64,000 bases of DNA, taken from Octopus sinensis (Eukaryota). Position 1 is the first letter of the stretch, and each line of letters begins with the position of its first letter. The stretch is taken from assembly GCF_006345805.1 (NCBI RefSeq), contig NC_043010.1:17918001-17982000 (forward strand), read 5' to 3'. Of this stretch, positions 37,493 through 51,019 are shown one piece after another. Both the position numbers and the translations under genes were made by a program. The notes under the pieces are model-generated. The model did not search any database and was not told where the DNA came from. It saw only the letters and a list, made by a program, of their open reading frames with translations.

Positions 37493-37885
37493 GGTGCAGG
37501 TGTGGTTGAGTGATGAGAAGTTTGCTTCCCAAGCACATGGTTCTGGGTTCAGTCCTATTGTGTGGCAGCTGGGGCAAGTGTCTTCTTCAACAGCGCTGGG
37601 CTGACCAAAGCCACGTGAGTGGATTTGGTAGACAAAAACTGAAAGAAGCCCATCACATACTTACATGTTTGTGTGTGAGTGTGTGCATTTCTCTCCTACC
37701 ACTGCTTGACAATCAGCATTGGTGTGTTTACGTCCCCATAACTCAGCAGTGTGGCAAAAGAGGTTGATAAAATATGTACCCGACTTTAAAAAAAAAATAA
37801 GTACTGAGTTTGATTGATTTGACCAAAATTCTTCAAGGCAGTGCCCCAGCATGGCCACAATCTAATGACTGAAACAAGTAACAGA
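37493..37885 (+). mobile_element. SINE family A, older copy
   Basis: Head, body and tail recognisable. Confidence 0.8.
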
Positions 37886-38769
37886 TGAAAGCTATATCAA
37901 ACTGTTAGACTGGTTAAGGAAAATTCTAGAAAGAGTTGCAGCTTGATTTATACTAGAGTAAGACGAGAGAAGATGCCATGAGTAAGGTGAGAGCTAATAA
38001 TGAGTTTAGTGTGCAGGTAGGAGTTCACCAAGGCTTTGTTCTCTGTCCACTCTTATTCATCATATGTGTGTATGTTTGGTATTAGATATGATGATGAATC
38101 AAGGTTAGGTTCTCGTAGCTTGATAAGAGAATAAGTAAAAATATATTAAAACAGTTCGAGCTATTTTAAAACATAATTTGTGGAGTTCAAAGGTAGGTTC
38201 CAATATCTAACTTATATCATTCCAAGAATGATTTCATGTGAACAGTTGGAAGAATCAATGTATTTTCATACTTTTTTCTTCATTGTCACAGCTGACCATC
38301 GAGTTGATAAAGTGTTTATAGATCAAAGATGTGATGTATGATATCTCTGACAAAAACAGTTATTTCTTAATACTCTTCCATGCTGTAACAGAGGGTTTAA
38401 GATTAGGTGCCCATGAGAATTCCTTTGTGCTGAAGACCTTGTTATTATGGCTGGATCTGTGGTAGAATTAGAAAAGAAATTTCAGTGGGTAGAAGTGAAA
38501 TCAAAAGGGATCAAAGGGGCTCAAAGTTAACTTAGTAAAGACCAAAGTTTTAATAAGTAGAAAAACAGATAGGAATTTGCAACCATCAAGGAAGGGGCCT
38601 TGTTTGATACATAGAAAAAGAATAGTTAGAAATTCTGTACAGCTGACCCAACGCAAAGTATAGAGATGCAAAAGATGCAGTAGGGGCCACAAGAAGGTTA
38701 ACAAAGAAAGTAGACTTTTATGTGGCAGATGCTTGGAAGCAATAAACATTGATTTCATATTTTAAAGGA

Positions 38770-38935
38770 GAGGGGACTGGTCAGTTACATTGACCCCAGT
38801 GTTCAACCTGTACTTATACTATTGACCCCAAAAGGATAAAAAGTGAAGTCAACCTCAGCAGAATTTGAACTCAGAACATAAAATGGATGAAATGTTGTTA
38901 AGCATTTTGCCTGGCATACTAAGGAGTCTAACCCT
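38770..38935 (-). mobile_element. Further tRNA-like SINE family (decayed; related pieces at about 31790-31920 and 9580-9680)
   Basis: Shared gaatttgaactcagaac B-box-like segment and ttattgaccccaaaaggataaaa. Confidence 0.55.
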
Positions 38936-38961
38936 TTGCAGCTTTATCCTTCCTTGCTATA

Positions 38962-39357
38962 TCTATATATATAAAAGTGAAGTTGTGTGAGTGTCTGTCT
39001 CCTACGATTTAGATTCCTAACTACTCCCACATTTTGCGGTGCAGTTTAACCAAATTCGGGTATCTTATAGTCGTGATTCATATCGAGCCCGTCTGGGTAT
39101 TAGCACGCGTCTACGATGAGTCTACGATATTAAAAATAATTTACCATCATTTTTTTCCATTTTAACGCATATTTTTTAAATAAAGGGAAGTAACTCTCTA
39201 AAAATGTCTACGATGAGTCAACGATTTTAAAAAAAATTTACCATAATTTTTTTTCCATTTTTAATGCATTTTTTGCTATTTTTTGGCTATAACTCTCTAA
39301 AAATGCTTTATAGTTATTTCCCTTACAAACCCGAGCAACGCCGGGCGATACTGCTAG
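38962..39357 (+). mobile_element. Non-autonomous Helitron-like element
   Basis: A|TCTATATATATAAAA ... CCCGAGCAACGCCGGG hairpin, CGATACTGCTAG|T; internal duplication of ctacgatgagtc...ttaccat. Confidence 0.85.
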
Positions 39358-39997
39358 TTGACCATAAAAAAAGGTGTAAGCCAGACATAATGTGGGTGTG
39401 TCACAAAGATATAAAATGGCTGTCATGACAAGTTAAATAAACACACAGCATGGCTGTTCTGATACGGAACAAAACAAATATTGATGAAAAACATTGAGGA
39501 GAAAAGAAAAAAAAACGTGTTTTATTTGAAAATCAACTACTTATGGTGAGTTTTGACCAGAACGTAAACTTGGATTGTTTAAATTGGTTGGTGATGACAT
39601 ATTCAATAAATTCTATTTGTATAATGCTTGATGCAGAGATAAGGAAGCGACGCTAGAAACAAGAAAATATATTGATTGAATCGAGAAAGGAAGGAGATAT
39701 GGAAGGAGTAAAGGTGGTTGATAATCACCTGTCAAAGATGAGGTATTAGTGATTAAGTGGTGATTAATAATTGTTCGTATCCTGTTACAGGTATTTTCTG
39801 TATTTTTGGAGAAGATAAAAGTTAACCAATAGTTTACAACCTGAATTTATCAGTTCTCAGTTCCATAAAATATCAAAACGGTTTTATTACATTTTAATTT
39901 ATGGGTCTTATTAAATGAATATATTGTCTAATAATTTTAAACAAACTGAATGGCAGTCATTGAGACCAGGCAATAAATACTGACATTAGAGGTGGTG

Positions 39998-40028
<31 letters not shown>

Positions 40029-40379
40029 TAATATGTCTGCTTTATTTTTCTGGTGAAACCTAATTCACTAAGACTCCCTGAGATACACTTTACAAAGACA
40101 AAGAACCATTACTTAAAGACAGACAATGCAGCAGAATCTGTCGGTACGACATAGAGTGTTTCAGGCTTTTAATGCATGTTCCGTACCAACAATTACAATT
40201 CCATTAAATTAAATTAAAGTGTGGATAATCCAAGATGAATGTTAATTGGATTTAATAAATTTCCAGTGAGATTAAGGAAAGCACACAGAGGTAAGGGTTT
40301 TTACGAGTGTTCATATCAACAGTAACAGGTAGGAATTATGGCATCTCCAGGAGACTCACTTATTGCTATTGTTATTAAT

Positions 40380-40640
40380 ACAGAAACAGAACTGAATAGG
40401 GGCCATCGGTTCAGTTACTTGGAGTACATTCCCTCATGTGATGCTAAGATCAATAAAAAGGAAGGCAACAGATCGGCAAAAGTAAACAGCACAGTTGGTG
40501 GACTTTACAAAAGAACCAGGAACAGCAAGCACCTGAGGAAAGACAGAAAGCTAAGTGTAGGGGCCAACAGGGCAGGATTGTGTTTCCATGAAAGAGAATC
40601 GTTGTCTGTCCTGACTTATGGTGCTGTGAGGTGAACTCAC
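40380..40640 (+). mobile_element. RTE (BovB-like) RT fragment
   Basis: RFSYLEYIPSCDAKINKKEGNRSAKVNSTVGGLYKR...LTYG resembles the FTYLGS...IAKASSAFGRL...LLYG region. Confidence 0.6.
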
Positions 40641-41270
40641 CAATGATGGCAGCAAACAGAATGTGCAAAGACACTCTGAAGAAATCTTTTGGTGCTTGTC
40701 ACATTGATCCTTGTGGTTTAGTATAGCTTTGAAGTATGAAGTTTACTGATATGTCTTCCATTAATCTGTTCCCTATCTCTGAAAACAAAATCAAAAATTG
40801 CTGGGGAAGAACAGTGACACAGCAACACTAAAATCTGGTCAGACTTTCCCTTAAAGTTGTGTCTGCTGCCAATGAGCAGGCAATAAATATGGACCATGCC
40901 CTTCAGGAACCTTCATGCATGAAACCAAGCAATGAAATATATTTACGTAAAATTATACACAATTACATGACAATATACACCCTATACATGCTCTTCAGCA
41001 AGCAACATGTTCTGTTCTCGTCCCTTCCTTCATACCTTTGCCTCTCATATTTTAGCATAAAGTCCCCTCCCACTCTGCTGACCCTACCCAGTTGAAAGGG
41101 ATCTCAGTCTTGCAAGCTGCATGGTGACCTCACTAGGGCTTGTGCAACAAAAAAAAAAAAGCACCCAGTTGGCATTAGGGAGGACAGCCAGCTGTAGAAA
41201 CATTATTGAAACTGGCACTGGAGTGGCTGACTCCTCATAAACGGTTCATTCCATGCGTAGAAAACCAGTT

Positions 41271-41356
41271 AAAAAACAATGGTGATCAAAATCATGTCCC
41301 TGCCTCAAAAAACAAAAAACAATGGTGATCAAAATCATGTCCCTGCCTCAAAAAAC
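41271..41356. repeat. Perfect 43-bp tandem duplication
   Basis: aaaaaacaatggtgatcaaaatcatgtccctgcctcaaaaaac x2. Confidence 0.9.
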
Positions 41357-42224
41357 AAAAAAGAACAGAAGAAATGAGCCTGTTTATCATTAAAGGCATT
41401 CCACCAAGCCATCGTTTGAAGGTGTGTAAAACTACTTTATTATCTAATGTTGCCATTCTTTAGACAAGCTTGTGAAGTGGAAAACTTGGCTGTTATTTTC
41501 AGTGGATGTGCAACCAGTTAGCAGCCATTGCTTTGTTTCTTTCATATGAGAACAGATAATGAGGGCAGGTGTTGACATGTTTGAATAACTACCTGCCCCA
41601 CATTGTAGGAGATATCAAAGGAATGCCAAGGACTTAGTTTGAAAGCCACATCAAATATTTATGTCTTTGTTATTTAAACTCCGTCCATCAACCTTAATCA
41701 TGCAGATCTGTAACTGAAGTCATTCAGGCCATGACCATCCCATATGTTCTCCCACACAGGATATCTAGGATTACATTATCCAATTTCTCTTTTCTTTTTG
41801 GTTTTGTTTTTTAAGATAATAGAGCGCAATTAGAAAGGCATTTGGATGCTCTTTCTAGCAAATCAAGTGTGCCTGTAGACACTAGCATGTTGTCTTCAAG
41901 CATCAGTGATTGAAAAGGCAAGATTCTATAAGTAGGTTATAAGTAAGTTAATAGGTTCAAAACTAAAATTAAACTCTTAATTCTCGCTGTTAAGAAAGAA
42001 GAGATCTGCTGCCACTTTTGGTGCCATTTTGCCATGAGGTGACCTCAGCCCTCCCCAACGACCTCCACATTTCCACATCAAAACACATTATCAACAACAG
42101 AATATAATGCAAGACCATAGAACGACAACCAAACAAAGGAGCCTCTAAGAGAAATAGCAGCTAAATCTCTCTCGAGTTACAGTACTACCATGTTCAAAAA
42201 ATAAAAGGACATCTTAGACAATGT

Positions 42225-42420
42225 ACAACTAGGCACCCAGCAACTAACTTCACAGTAACTAGGTACCCAACAAATAACTTCGCAGTAACTAGGCATCTAG
42301 CAACTACCTTCCCAGTAACTAGGTACCTAGCAACTACCTTCCCAGTAACTAGGTACCCAACAATTAACTTCACAGTAACTAGGTACCCAGCAAATAACTT
42401 CACAATAGCTAGGTACCCGG
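42225..42420. repeat. 30-bp minisatellite, about 6.5 units
   Basis: caactaacttcacagtaactaggtacccaa and variants. Confidence 0.92.
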
Positions 42421-42737
42421 GAAAAGAAATACCTTTGGTAATATATCTGATCATCAGGGTTAGTTGAAAGTATATCACCAATGATAGAGTAAATGTACCT
42501 TGTTTTTGAATAGGCACACAGCTAGTTTCAATGTGCCATAAGAACTGATAAAAAGGTTTTGCTGTTCCTGTTGCCAACCCTCATTTGTTTCCAGACAATC
42601 TCATACCTCCCCATGACCAGATATGTTTACATGGAAGCTTAGAAACCAAAAAACACAATTTCTCTGACAGTGTCACACATTTACAAATATCATGCATTGT
42701 TGACGCAACAAGGCACAAACACATTCATTTATACATT

Positions 42738-43062
42738 TACTTACCACCCAGCCACTCTTACGCCTACATTATGTCAAGAAATATGATGTAATAAACTAAG
42801 ACAACAATTGTACATTAATAATGAAATGTCAATAAAAAAAAGGTAAATAATATCCATATCTTAGTGAATTTTAAGAAAAGTTACTTCGCAAAGAGCCATC
42901 TCTTCCACAGTAGTCGTACTTACTCCAGGAAAGGGGATTTTCTAGTCCCAGAGGCCCCATTACTCATTATGTGAAAAATTTTGAGAGTCTAAAACCATCT
43001 CTGGAGCATAAGAAATATGTGTTCCCAGTTTGAAGAAAATCAGTTCAGAAGTTATGCAGGTT

Positions 43063-43096
<34 letters not shown>

Positions 43097-43118
43097 TACT
43101 GAGTTTTGTGTGTGTATA

Positions 43119-43206
<88 letters not shown>

Positions 43207-43934
43207 AGTGAGCGAACAAATGAAAGGAAGACGAAAGAGGCACTCAATAAATTTAGCAAGAGTTGCATATATTATTATTTAAAACCAGTTTGATTTGGCC
43301 CCATGCAACTGAAAGTACTGAAGGCTTAAGAAAAAAATCTAGTTCATTAGGCACAGGGGACTGAATAGGGAGATGTTGGAAAATCCAAGACCTTCAACTT
43401 CCAACATCTTTCCATTTTGCCATCTGAACCCAAGCTAGGTTCCTATAAGAAACCTACAAAACTTTAAGTTGCATGGGGTCAAATCAAACTGGTTTTAAAT
43501 AATAATATATGCAACTCTTGCTAAATTTATTGAGTGCCTCTTTCTTTTTCCTTTCATTTGTTCGCTCACTTGTATATATATATATATATATACACACACA
43601 CAAAACTCAGTATGTGTGTATAAACCTGCATAACTTCTGAACTAATTTTCTTCAAACTGGGAACACATATTTGGTTTTAGACTCTCAAAATTTTTCACAT
43701 AATGAGTAATAGGGCCTCTGGGACTAGAAAATCCCCTATTTCCTGGAGTAAGTACGACTACTGTGGAGGAGATGGCTCTTTGCGAAGTAACTTTTCTTAA
43801 AATTCACTAAGATATGAATATTATTTACCTTCTTTTTTATTGACATTTCATTATAAACGTACAATTGTTGTCTTAATTTATTACATCATATTTCTTGACA
43901 TAATGTAGGCGTAGGAGTGGCTGTGTGGTAAGTA
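42738..43934. repeat. Large inverted duplication (arms 42738-43316 and 43461-43934, 144-bp spacer)
   Basis: Long reverse-complement identity, e.g. ttaagaaaagttacttcgcaaagagccatctc / gagatggctctttgcgaagtaacttttcttaa. Confidence 0.93.
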
Positions 43935-44079
43935 GCTTGCTTACCAACCACATGGTTCCGGGTTCGGTCCCACTGCGTGGTACCTTGGGAAAGTGTCTTC
44001 TACCATACCCTCAGGCCAACCAAAGCCTTGTGAGTGAATTTGGTAGATGGAAACTGAAAGAAGCCTGTCGTATATATGA

Positions 44080-44111
<32 letters not shown>

Positions 44112-44336
44112 GTATGTGTTTGTGCATATGTTTGTGTGTCTGTGTTTGTCCCCCCCAACATTGCTTGACAACCAGTGCTGGTGTGTTTACGTCCCCCATA
44201 ACTTAGCAGTTCAGCAAAAGACACCGATAGAATAAGTACTAGGCTTACAAAGAATAAGTCTTGGGATCGATTTGCTCGACTAAAGGTGGTGCTCCAGCAT
44301 GGCCACAGTCAAATGACTGAAACAAGTAAAAGAGTA
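43908..44336 (+). mobile_element. Full-length SINE family A
   Basis: ggcgtaggagtggctgtgtggtaag...gggttcggtccc...gactgaaacaagtaaaagag. Confidence 0.92.
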
Positions 44337-44944
44337 ATAATGTCTTTAAAGAAGAGATCCTCCATTTGTCGAAAATGGCAGTAGCAGAGAAAGTGAAAAG
44401 GAGAGAAAATGAATCGTCACATGAGACTTCAATTAGATAATCACAAAATGCTACATGTACAGCTACTGCAAGAGCAATGGAAAGCGATGAGCAGTGTAGT
44501 ATTTACATGGCCAGGAATGCTGCATTAACAGCTTCAGCCAATCCCCACCCCGTTACCATGTCATTTCTTTCATGTAGATTTCTCTCATGTGGTTCTGTTG
44601 AGCACATCCGACAGGCTTACTTTACCACATAGATGTTGTTCCTATGTCTGCTAATTGTCTGGCATGGTAGCAGCAGCGCCGACAGCCACAAATGAGAATA
44701 TATCCACTGAAAGCTTTTTGGTGTGCTCAAAAATCACATACCCCACCCCACCCACTGTTCCACGACAAGGTTAGAGACTGGAATCTTCCAAACAGATGCT
44801 TGATGTGTCACTCAGTCGAATTAGCCCTTCATGTTTTGTCGTCAATGGTGCACTTACCCATATCATGTTTTAACTTAACTGCACCATATATACAAACCAT
44901 GCCATTTAAATCCAGAGCAATGCTAGGCATGTCTGCTAGTATAT

Positions 44945-45290
44945 AACCCATCTAACACCCGTGGACATATTTACAAAGTCAGAAAACAGCACAGCTCCCA
45001 TGACTTCAGGAAACATTTTTTTACGCTGAGAGTTGCTGAAGCATGGAACAAACTGCCGGCATCAGTTGTTAGTTGTCGGAGCACTGCATCCTTCAAAACT
45101 TCCATGCTTCCTGAGATTCGCCAACACTACACCTGATTTTCTCCCCTCCATACACACGCAAGCATGTATCTGACTCATACATTGTTCGCTTTCCAGACAT
45201 TTGTACATTACTGCATGTACTTTATATGCACTTTCTGACAAGTTGTGGTGCACCTGAGCACTGTATACAATAATTTCATTATATTATTAT
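44945..45290 (+). mobile_element. CR1-type LINE 3' end
   Basis: NTRGHIYKVRKQHSSHDFRKHFFTLRVAEAWNKLPASVV, followed by 3' UTR and (ATT)n tail. Confidence 0.85.
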
Positions 45291-45312
45291 AAATATATAT
45301 ACATACATACAT

Positions 45313-45344
<32 letters not shown>

Positions 45345-45519
45345 CAATAATTTATATTATGACTTTTATAATTTGTATTCTTATCTTATATATGTATTGA
45401 ATTATAAGATATATATGTATGCTATTGATGTGCTCATTTTGTTTAATGAATAAATAATCCAACATTATAATATCCGAAAGTTGATGAACGAACTAAATTG
45501 TTTCTCCATTTTCTTATTT

Positions 45520-45533
45520 GTATTATATATATA

Positions 45534-45567
<34 letters not shown>

Positions 45568-45573
45568 TTTACA

Positions 45574-45605
<32 letters not shown>

Positions 45606-45618
45606 GTATGTATGTATG

Positions 45619-45652
<34 letters not shown>

Positions 45653-45979
45653 TGTATGTATGTATGTATGTATGTATGTATGTATGTATGTTATGTATCT
45701 ATATATGTATGTATATATGTATGTATGTATTTATGTATGTATGTATATATGTATGTATGTATGTATCTATATATTGTATGTATATATGTTGTATGTATGT
45801 ATGTATGTATGTATGTATGTATGTATGTATGTATGTATTTATGTATGTATGTATTATGTATGTATGTATGTATGTATGTATGTATATATGTATATGTATG
45901 TATCTAATATTGTATGTATATTGTATGTTGTATTTTGTATGTATTATATATGTATGTATGTATGTATCTTATATGTATG

Positions 45980-46045
<66 letters not shown>

Positions 46046-46076
46046 TGTATGATTATGTATTTATGTATGTTGTATT

Positions 46077-46137
<61 letters not shown>

Positions 46138-46227
46138 TGTATGTATTTATGTATGTATGTATTTATGTATGTATGTATGTATGTATGTATGTATATATGT
46201 ATGTATGTATGTATCTATATATGTATG

Positions 46228-46261
<34 letters not shown>

Positions 46262-46310
46262 TGTATGTATGTATGTATGTATGTATGTATGGATGGATGG
46301 ATGGATGGAT
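45520..46310. repeat. About 800-bp imperfect (TATG)n satellite
   Basis: Direct inspection. Confidence 0.97.
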
Positions 46311-46719
46311 TGATTCAGGTAATTCAGTTAATAAAACCAGTTTACATATTTCTTTTGCATTCACTTATTTTATAATTGTCATTTTACTTGTAACTACACT
46401 TTTCCTGTTTTAAAACCCGTGGGAAAATAATTTTTAGTGGTTTTGGTGGGGCTGGAATGGATTAATTATATTTTAGTTAATTTCAATGGGGAAAATTGAT
46501 TTGTAAAACAAGTAAATCCTAAAACAAGCTTGGTCATGGAACGAATTAAACTCGTACTGTGAGGTATCATTGCACTTACTCTTATTTCTTCTCATCACGC
46601 CCCACCCCACCTCATCCCCGTCCCCGTACCATTCTTTCAGTGTTCTTCTGGGTTATAACCAGAGATGGCTCTGAAGCAAATAGTATTAATTTTCTAGGTT
46701 GATCAATTTCTCTCAATTA

Positions 46720-46985
46720 GCTTACCAGTTCCAGTCAAACCATCTAACCCATGCCAGCATGGTAAATGGACGTTAAATGATGATGGTGATGATGGTGCCA
46801 CATAAAAAGCACTGGTGCTGGTGCCTCGTAAGAAGCACCCATAACACTCTGTAAAGTGGTTGGCATTAGGAAGGGCATCCAGCCATAGAAAGCCATGCCA
46901 AAACATTTGACTGGAGCCTGGTGCAACCCTTCAGTTTGCCAGATCTTGTCAAAACATTCAACCCATGTCAGATGATGATGATGAT
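46720..46985 (+). mobile_element. Two tandem RTE tail fragments
   Basis: Tail ...ggacgttaaatgatgatgg (about 46790) followed directly by a second aggaagggcatccagcc tail. Confidence 0.7.
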
Positions 46986-47365
46986 GAAGATGACAACGAT
47001 GACGACGATCACAAAGACGATGATGATGACAAGGATAATGAATAATCATTATCTTCGTCGTCATCATCGTCGTCGTCATTGTCATCATTAGATGAGAATG
47101 ATGATGAGGACGATGATGACAATGATTATGACGATGATAATGACAACGACGATGATGATGATGATTCTTCCTGGCGCTAATAAATACTGTTGTAAATTTT
47201 AACTTTCTTCTAATTTTCCGATCCCGATATTCTTCGTCAATGTAATGTGAACTTTTCTGAACACTTGAAATTCAAAGTAAATCACATAGAGATTGATTTC
47301 AGGTGTCTCGTAGTCAAATAACTTTCTTTTTCTTTTTTCTTTTTTTATCAAACCCAAGAATCAAG

Positions 47366-47792
47366 GGATCTTTTCGGTTTCAACAGCAGTTTTTTCTAGC
47401 GGTGTCATATGAAATTGTCACTCATAATTATGACCCTAGTATCGATCTATTGCATTTCAATCTGTTTTAGGGTTAAGGTTAGTTAGGGTTAGGGGTGGAG
47501 GGAAGGGTATCTTTTTTCTTCACAAATGTAAATAAACCCAATCTGTTTCTTAAACAAGGGACATATTCATACGGCACAGAATGTTTTTTACCTCAATGGA
47601 CGTCATTGATTGGTAGAAATTGCAGAAACTGAAGTAAAAAAAACAACAAATATCTTACAAACTATAGAATTTTCTCAATAAAGCCAAGAGAAAAAGATGT
47701 TTTATAAACACATTCTACCAGTATACGAAGTTTAAAATTTTTTAGTTACCTAGAAATTATGTTAAAAACTGCCGTTCAAACCGAAAAGATCC
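47366..47792 (+). mobile_element. GGATC MITE, copy 3
   Basis: Same TIRs; TSD gaatcaag at 47358-47365 and 47793-47800. Confidence 0.9.
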
Positions 47793-48169
47793 GAATCAAG
47801 GAATAGATTCGGTTTAGACTTAGAAACGGAAAATTAATCCAAGGGAGGCTATTCCTTCAAGCCCATTATTTAGCTTCTTTCCCATAACACTAAAGCTACA
47901 TTCACTCTGTGAAATTCTCGACCGACGACGAAATTGGGTTTCATTTATCTATCCAACACTCACCAACATATTGCGTTGAAAGCAAAAATAGTTATTGCTG
48001 CCGCCTTTGTACCTCTGTGCAATATATGGATGTTCTTACAACAGAGCTGCTGTAAGTTTAGCAAGTAAAAGATAAGGCCCTCAATTTCTCCGGGAATATG
48101 GAATCTTTTCCCAAAGAAATTTAAACAACTATCCACAGGCAGTCCATCGTCAATTAAAATACAAACTTA

Positions 48170-48339
48170 CCGTATTTTACCGTGTATAAGGAACCTTTTT
48201 TTTTTTTTTTGTCAAAAATTAGGTTGAAAGAACATGAGAATTTCTTACACACGGATAGTATTATAATCCCTTACTAAACCATTTTTCCAAATTTTAAGAT
48301 CTCCAAATTAGGGGGTTCCTTATACACGTTAAAATACGG
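48170..48339. mobile_element. pogo/Tigger-like MITE
   Basis: TA|ccgtattttaccgtgtataaggaacc ... ggttccttatacacgttaaaatacgg|TA. Confidence 0.85.
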
Positions 48340-48555
48340 TAGTTTGTAATATCCTATAATATGGACATTAACAGATGGGCTACGTAAAACAGTCCAATAT
48401 GAACCACCACCAAAATGAGTAAAATTATATAATATTTTATTATTAATGATAATTTTCCACGACACATCAGGTAATGGGAGATAACTCTATTTTAACTAAT
48501 CCACTGATTATATTCTCTGTTCGTTATTTCCTCTCCCTCTCTCTCACTCACTCCC

Positions 48556-48589
<34 letters not shown>

Positions 48590-48762
48590 TATTTGCATAT
48601 GTATGTGTGTGTGTTTTCTTTATACATATGTGGAGAAGAAACGTGTTTGTAGCAGTTGGAGTCATTTAATGTTTCTCTGGCTGACTGTGTGTGTCTCTCT
48701 CTCATTATTTGTTGTGTGCATGAGTGTGTGTATTCATATATATATATATATATATAATATAT

Positions 48763-48810
<48 letters not shown>

Positions 48811-48818
48811 ATATATAT

Positions 48819-48877
<59 letters not shown>

Positions 48878-48899
48878 TATATATATATATATATCGTAT

Positions 48900-49650
48900 A
48901 ATATGCAAAGGTAAGATCCGAGGGTCCAATTGTAGGAAGTTAGTAAGTTTCAAGCTGTTCATAGAAGGTATAAAAAAAAACTACTTTCAGGAGGAATAAT
49001 GGTTTATTGATGTAGAAGGTTGTAAATTTTTCCCATATCAAAGTTTGATAAGCTGAAGAGAACGGTAAAATAGGAAGTAAGGGTGGGTAGAGGTATGAGG
49101 AGATTGAGAGATGGTTAGAGATGAAGAATGTGTGAGGAGTGAATATAATAAATGAAGAAGTGCTGATAAATGATGAATATATATTTGAAGGAAGTGTAGG
49201 TGATGACTGTCAAGATTGACAGACGTAGTGAATGGTGGAAAAGGGTAGGGGTGATCAGTGATACATCTGAGTTGTGGGGTGGGTAGAGGAGAGTAGATAA
49301 CAACTGAAAAGGGTGAATAGCTGCAGAATAATAGTAAGAATAATACAATAGATATGCAAAGGACACGGGAAATGTGTCAAGTCCAACAGGAAATGGTGTT
49401 TCCTAGGGCTAAATAACAGTAGCATTCTTCCCTTTCATGGGACTGTCACATTAAGTTGACAACATACTATCACTTTATCGTGCTGCTACTGCATAAATCT
49501 GTCTGAGAGATTTAGAAATGTGTTATTTCTATATTCAGATATGCAAAGGTCGAGAAGAAGAGAGATGACATGTAGCTGGACAGGTTGTGAGAATGTAAGG
49601 GAAGAGGTAGGTGCATGGGGGGGAGTGAGAGATGCATGGTGGTGGTGGTG
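48900..49650 (-). mobile_element. Possible very decayed Penelope-like remnant
   Basis: Only weak minus-strand translated similarity; adjoins (TA)n. Confidence 0.25.
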
Positions 49651-50354
49651 GTGGTGGAGGAGGAGGAGGAGAGAATCCGATGATGCTTCGTTCAATAGAG
49701 CTTATACTGTTCTTACAGTTAGACCTTTCTACTGTGGTGCTGTTATGTAGGACTACCTTTTTGAAAATAGCTTTGAAATCAGCAACTAAGACAGAAACAT
49801 GCTTATTAATACTATCAACTAATTGTTTCATTATTCACCGGGTGGGTGGGTAGAGTCTATGTCAATGCAGGGTTAGGGTTCTCATTTGGTTTTTAGCAGG
49901 GCTTAGATTTACCTGAACTAAGATTCATGTCAAGGAGATTAACTTTTTTAAGGTTAGTATTAAATGTAGCTTTAGGCTGACTTGGTTAAATATTTTGCAT
50001 AAATTTTCTTTATCTTATCCATATCATGTCCATTTTTATTATGTACCACTCCTAGACTGTCGTCCACATACAGCCTTTTGTCAGCTTATTTTCTTTCATT
50101 TTTGAGGACATCAAAGACGTAAATGCCAACCTAGCTCTGCACCATCATACCTTCCCCATAGCAACAGCAAATAGCTCATCTCCCTTCGTTTTCATCCAAA
50201 CAGAATTATCATGAAAAAGCAATGACTTCCTTGCATTCCTTATAATGGTTGTATTAGTATTAGTGATGGTTGTATCTCCTTTACTAAACTCAAGTGCCTC
50301 TTAGATCAGGCTTTTGGAAATTAAAGAGTAATATGGGACAGGAAAAAGAATCGG

Positions 50355-50715
50355 TGAACAAGGCCAGCATTACAGATTTGAATGGAACAACAAAAACTTA
50401 CATTGAAGTAACAGGAAACACCTTCAAGGAGAGATGTGCACGGCATTTGGCTTCATTCAGAAACAAAAACAAAAGATAAGCAACATCTTTATCCAATATG
50501 GTTTGGATGCTTAAAGAGAGGATCATGAGCAACACCCATATAAACTGGAGCATCATAGCTACGGCAAACAAATATAGTGGACAGGGGAACAAATGTGAGC
50601 TCTGAATTAGAGAAAAACTAAATATCATAACATCAACAGTGAAGGTTTTAAATATTAGGGAAAAAACCTCACCTTGCATGCACAAGCAGCAATTCATACT
50701 TTTCAATTTCAAGTA
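50355..50715 (+). mobile_element. Penelope-like GIY-YIG endonuclease fragment
   Basis: TKTYIEVTGNTFKERCARHLASFRNK...SLSNMVWMLK...INWSII...CEL*IREK...CMHKQQF. Confidence 0.75.
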
Positions 50716-51019
50716 TGACCCTCCCATCCACTCACTCTGTCACCACTCCAACCAGGATAAATTTTTGGACAGCATGCATTATATGTACATCTTGCATTAA
50801 AGACATAAACTCTCATGAAATTAGGCCTGGTCTCCTTACTACGCAGATATATGTGCATGACGTGTACTTTGCATGATCCACAGAAAAGAAAATATAATCT
50901 TATGGATTTACAACTTCATGGACTAAGCTTGGCATAGAAAAATCTGTGAAATCCCAAAATTATGCACACATACTCAAGCATGAACAGAATGCCTGTGTGT
51001 GTGTGTGTGTGTGTTCACC

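Noticed and set aside
44400-44930. Possible minus-strand RTE C-terminal fragment
   Set aside because: Similarity too weak by eye to support a call.
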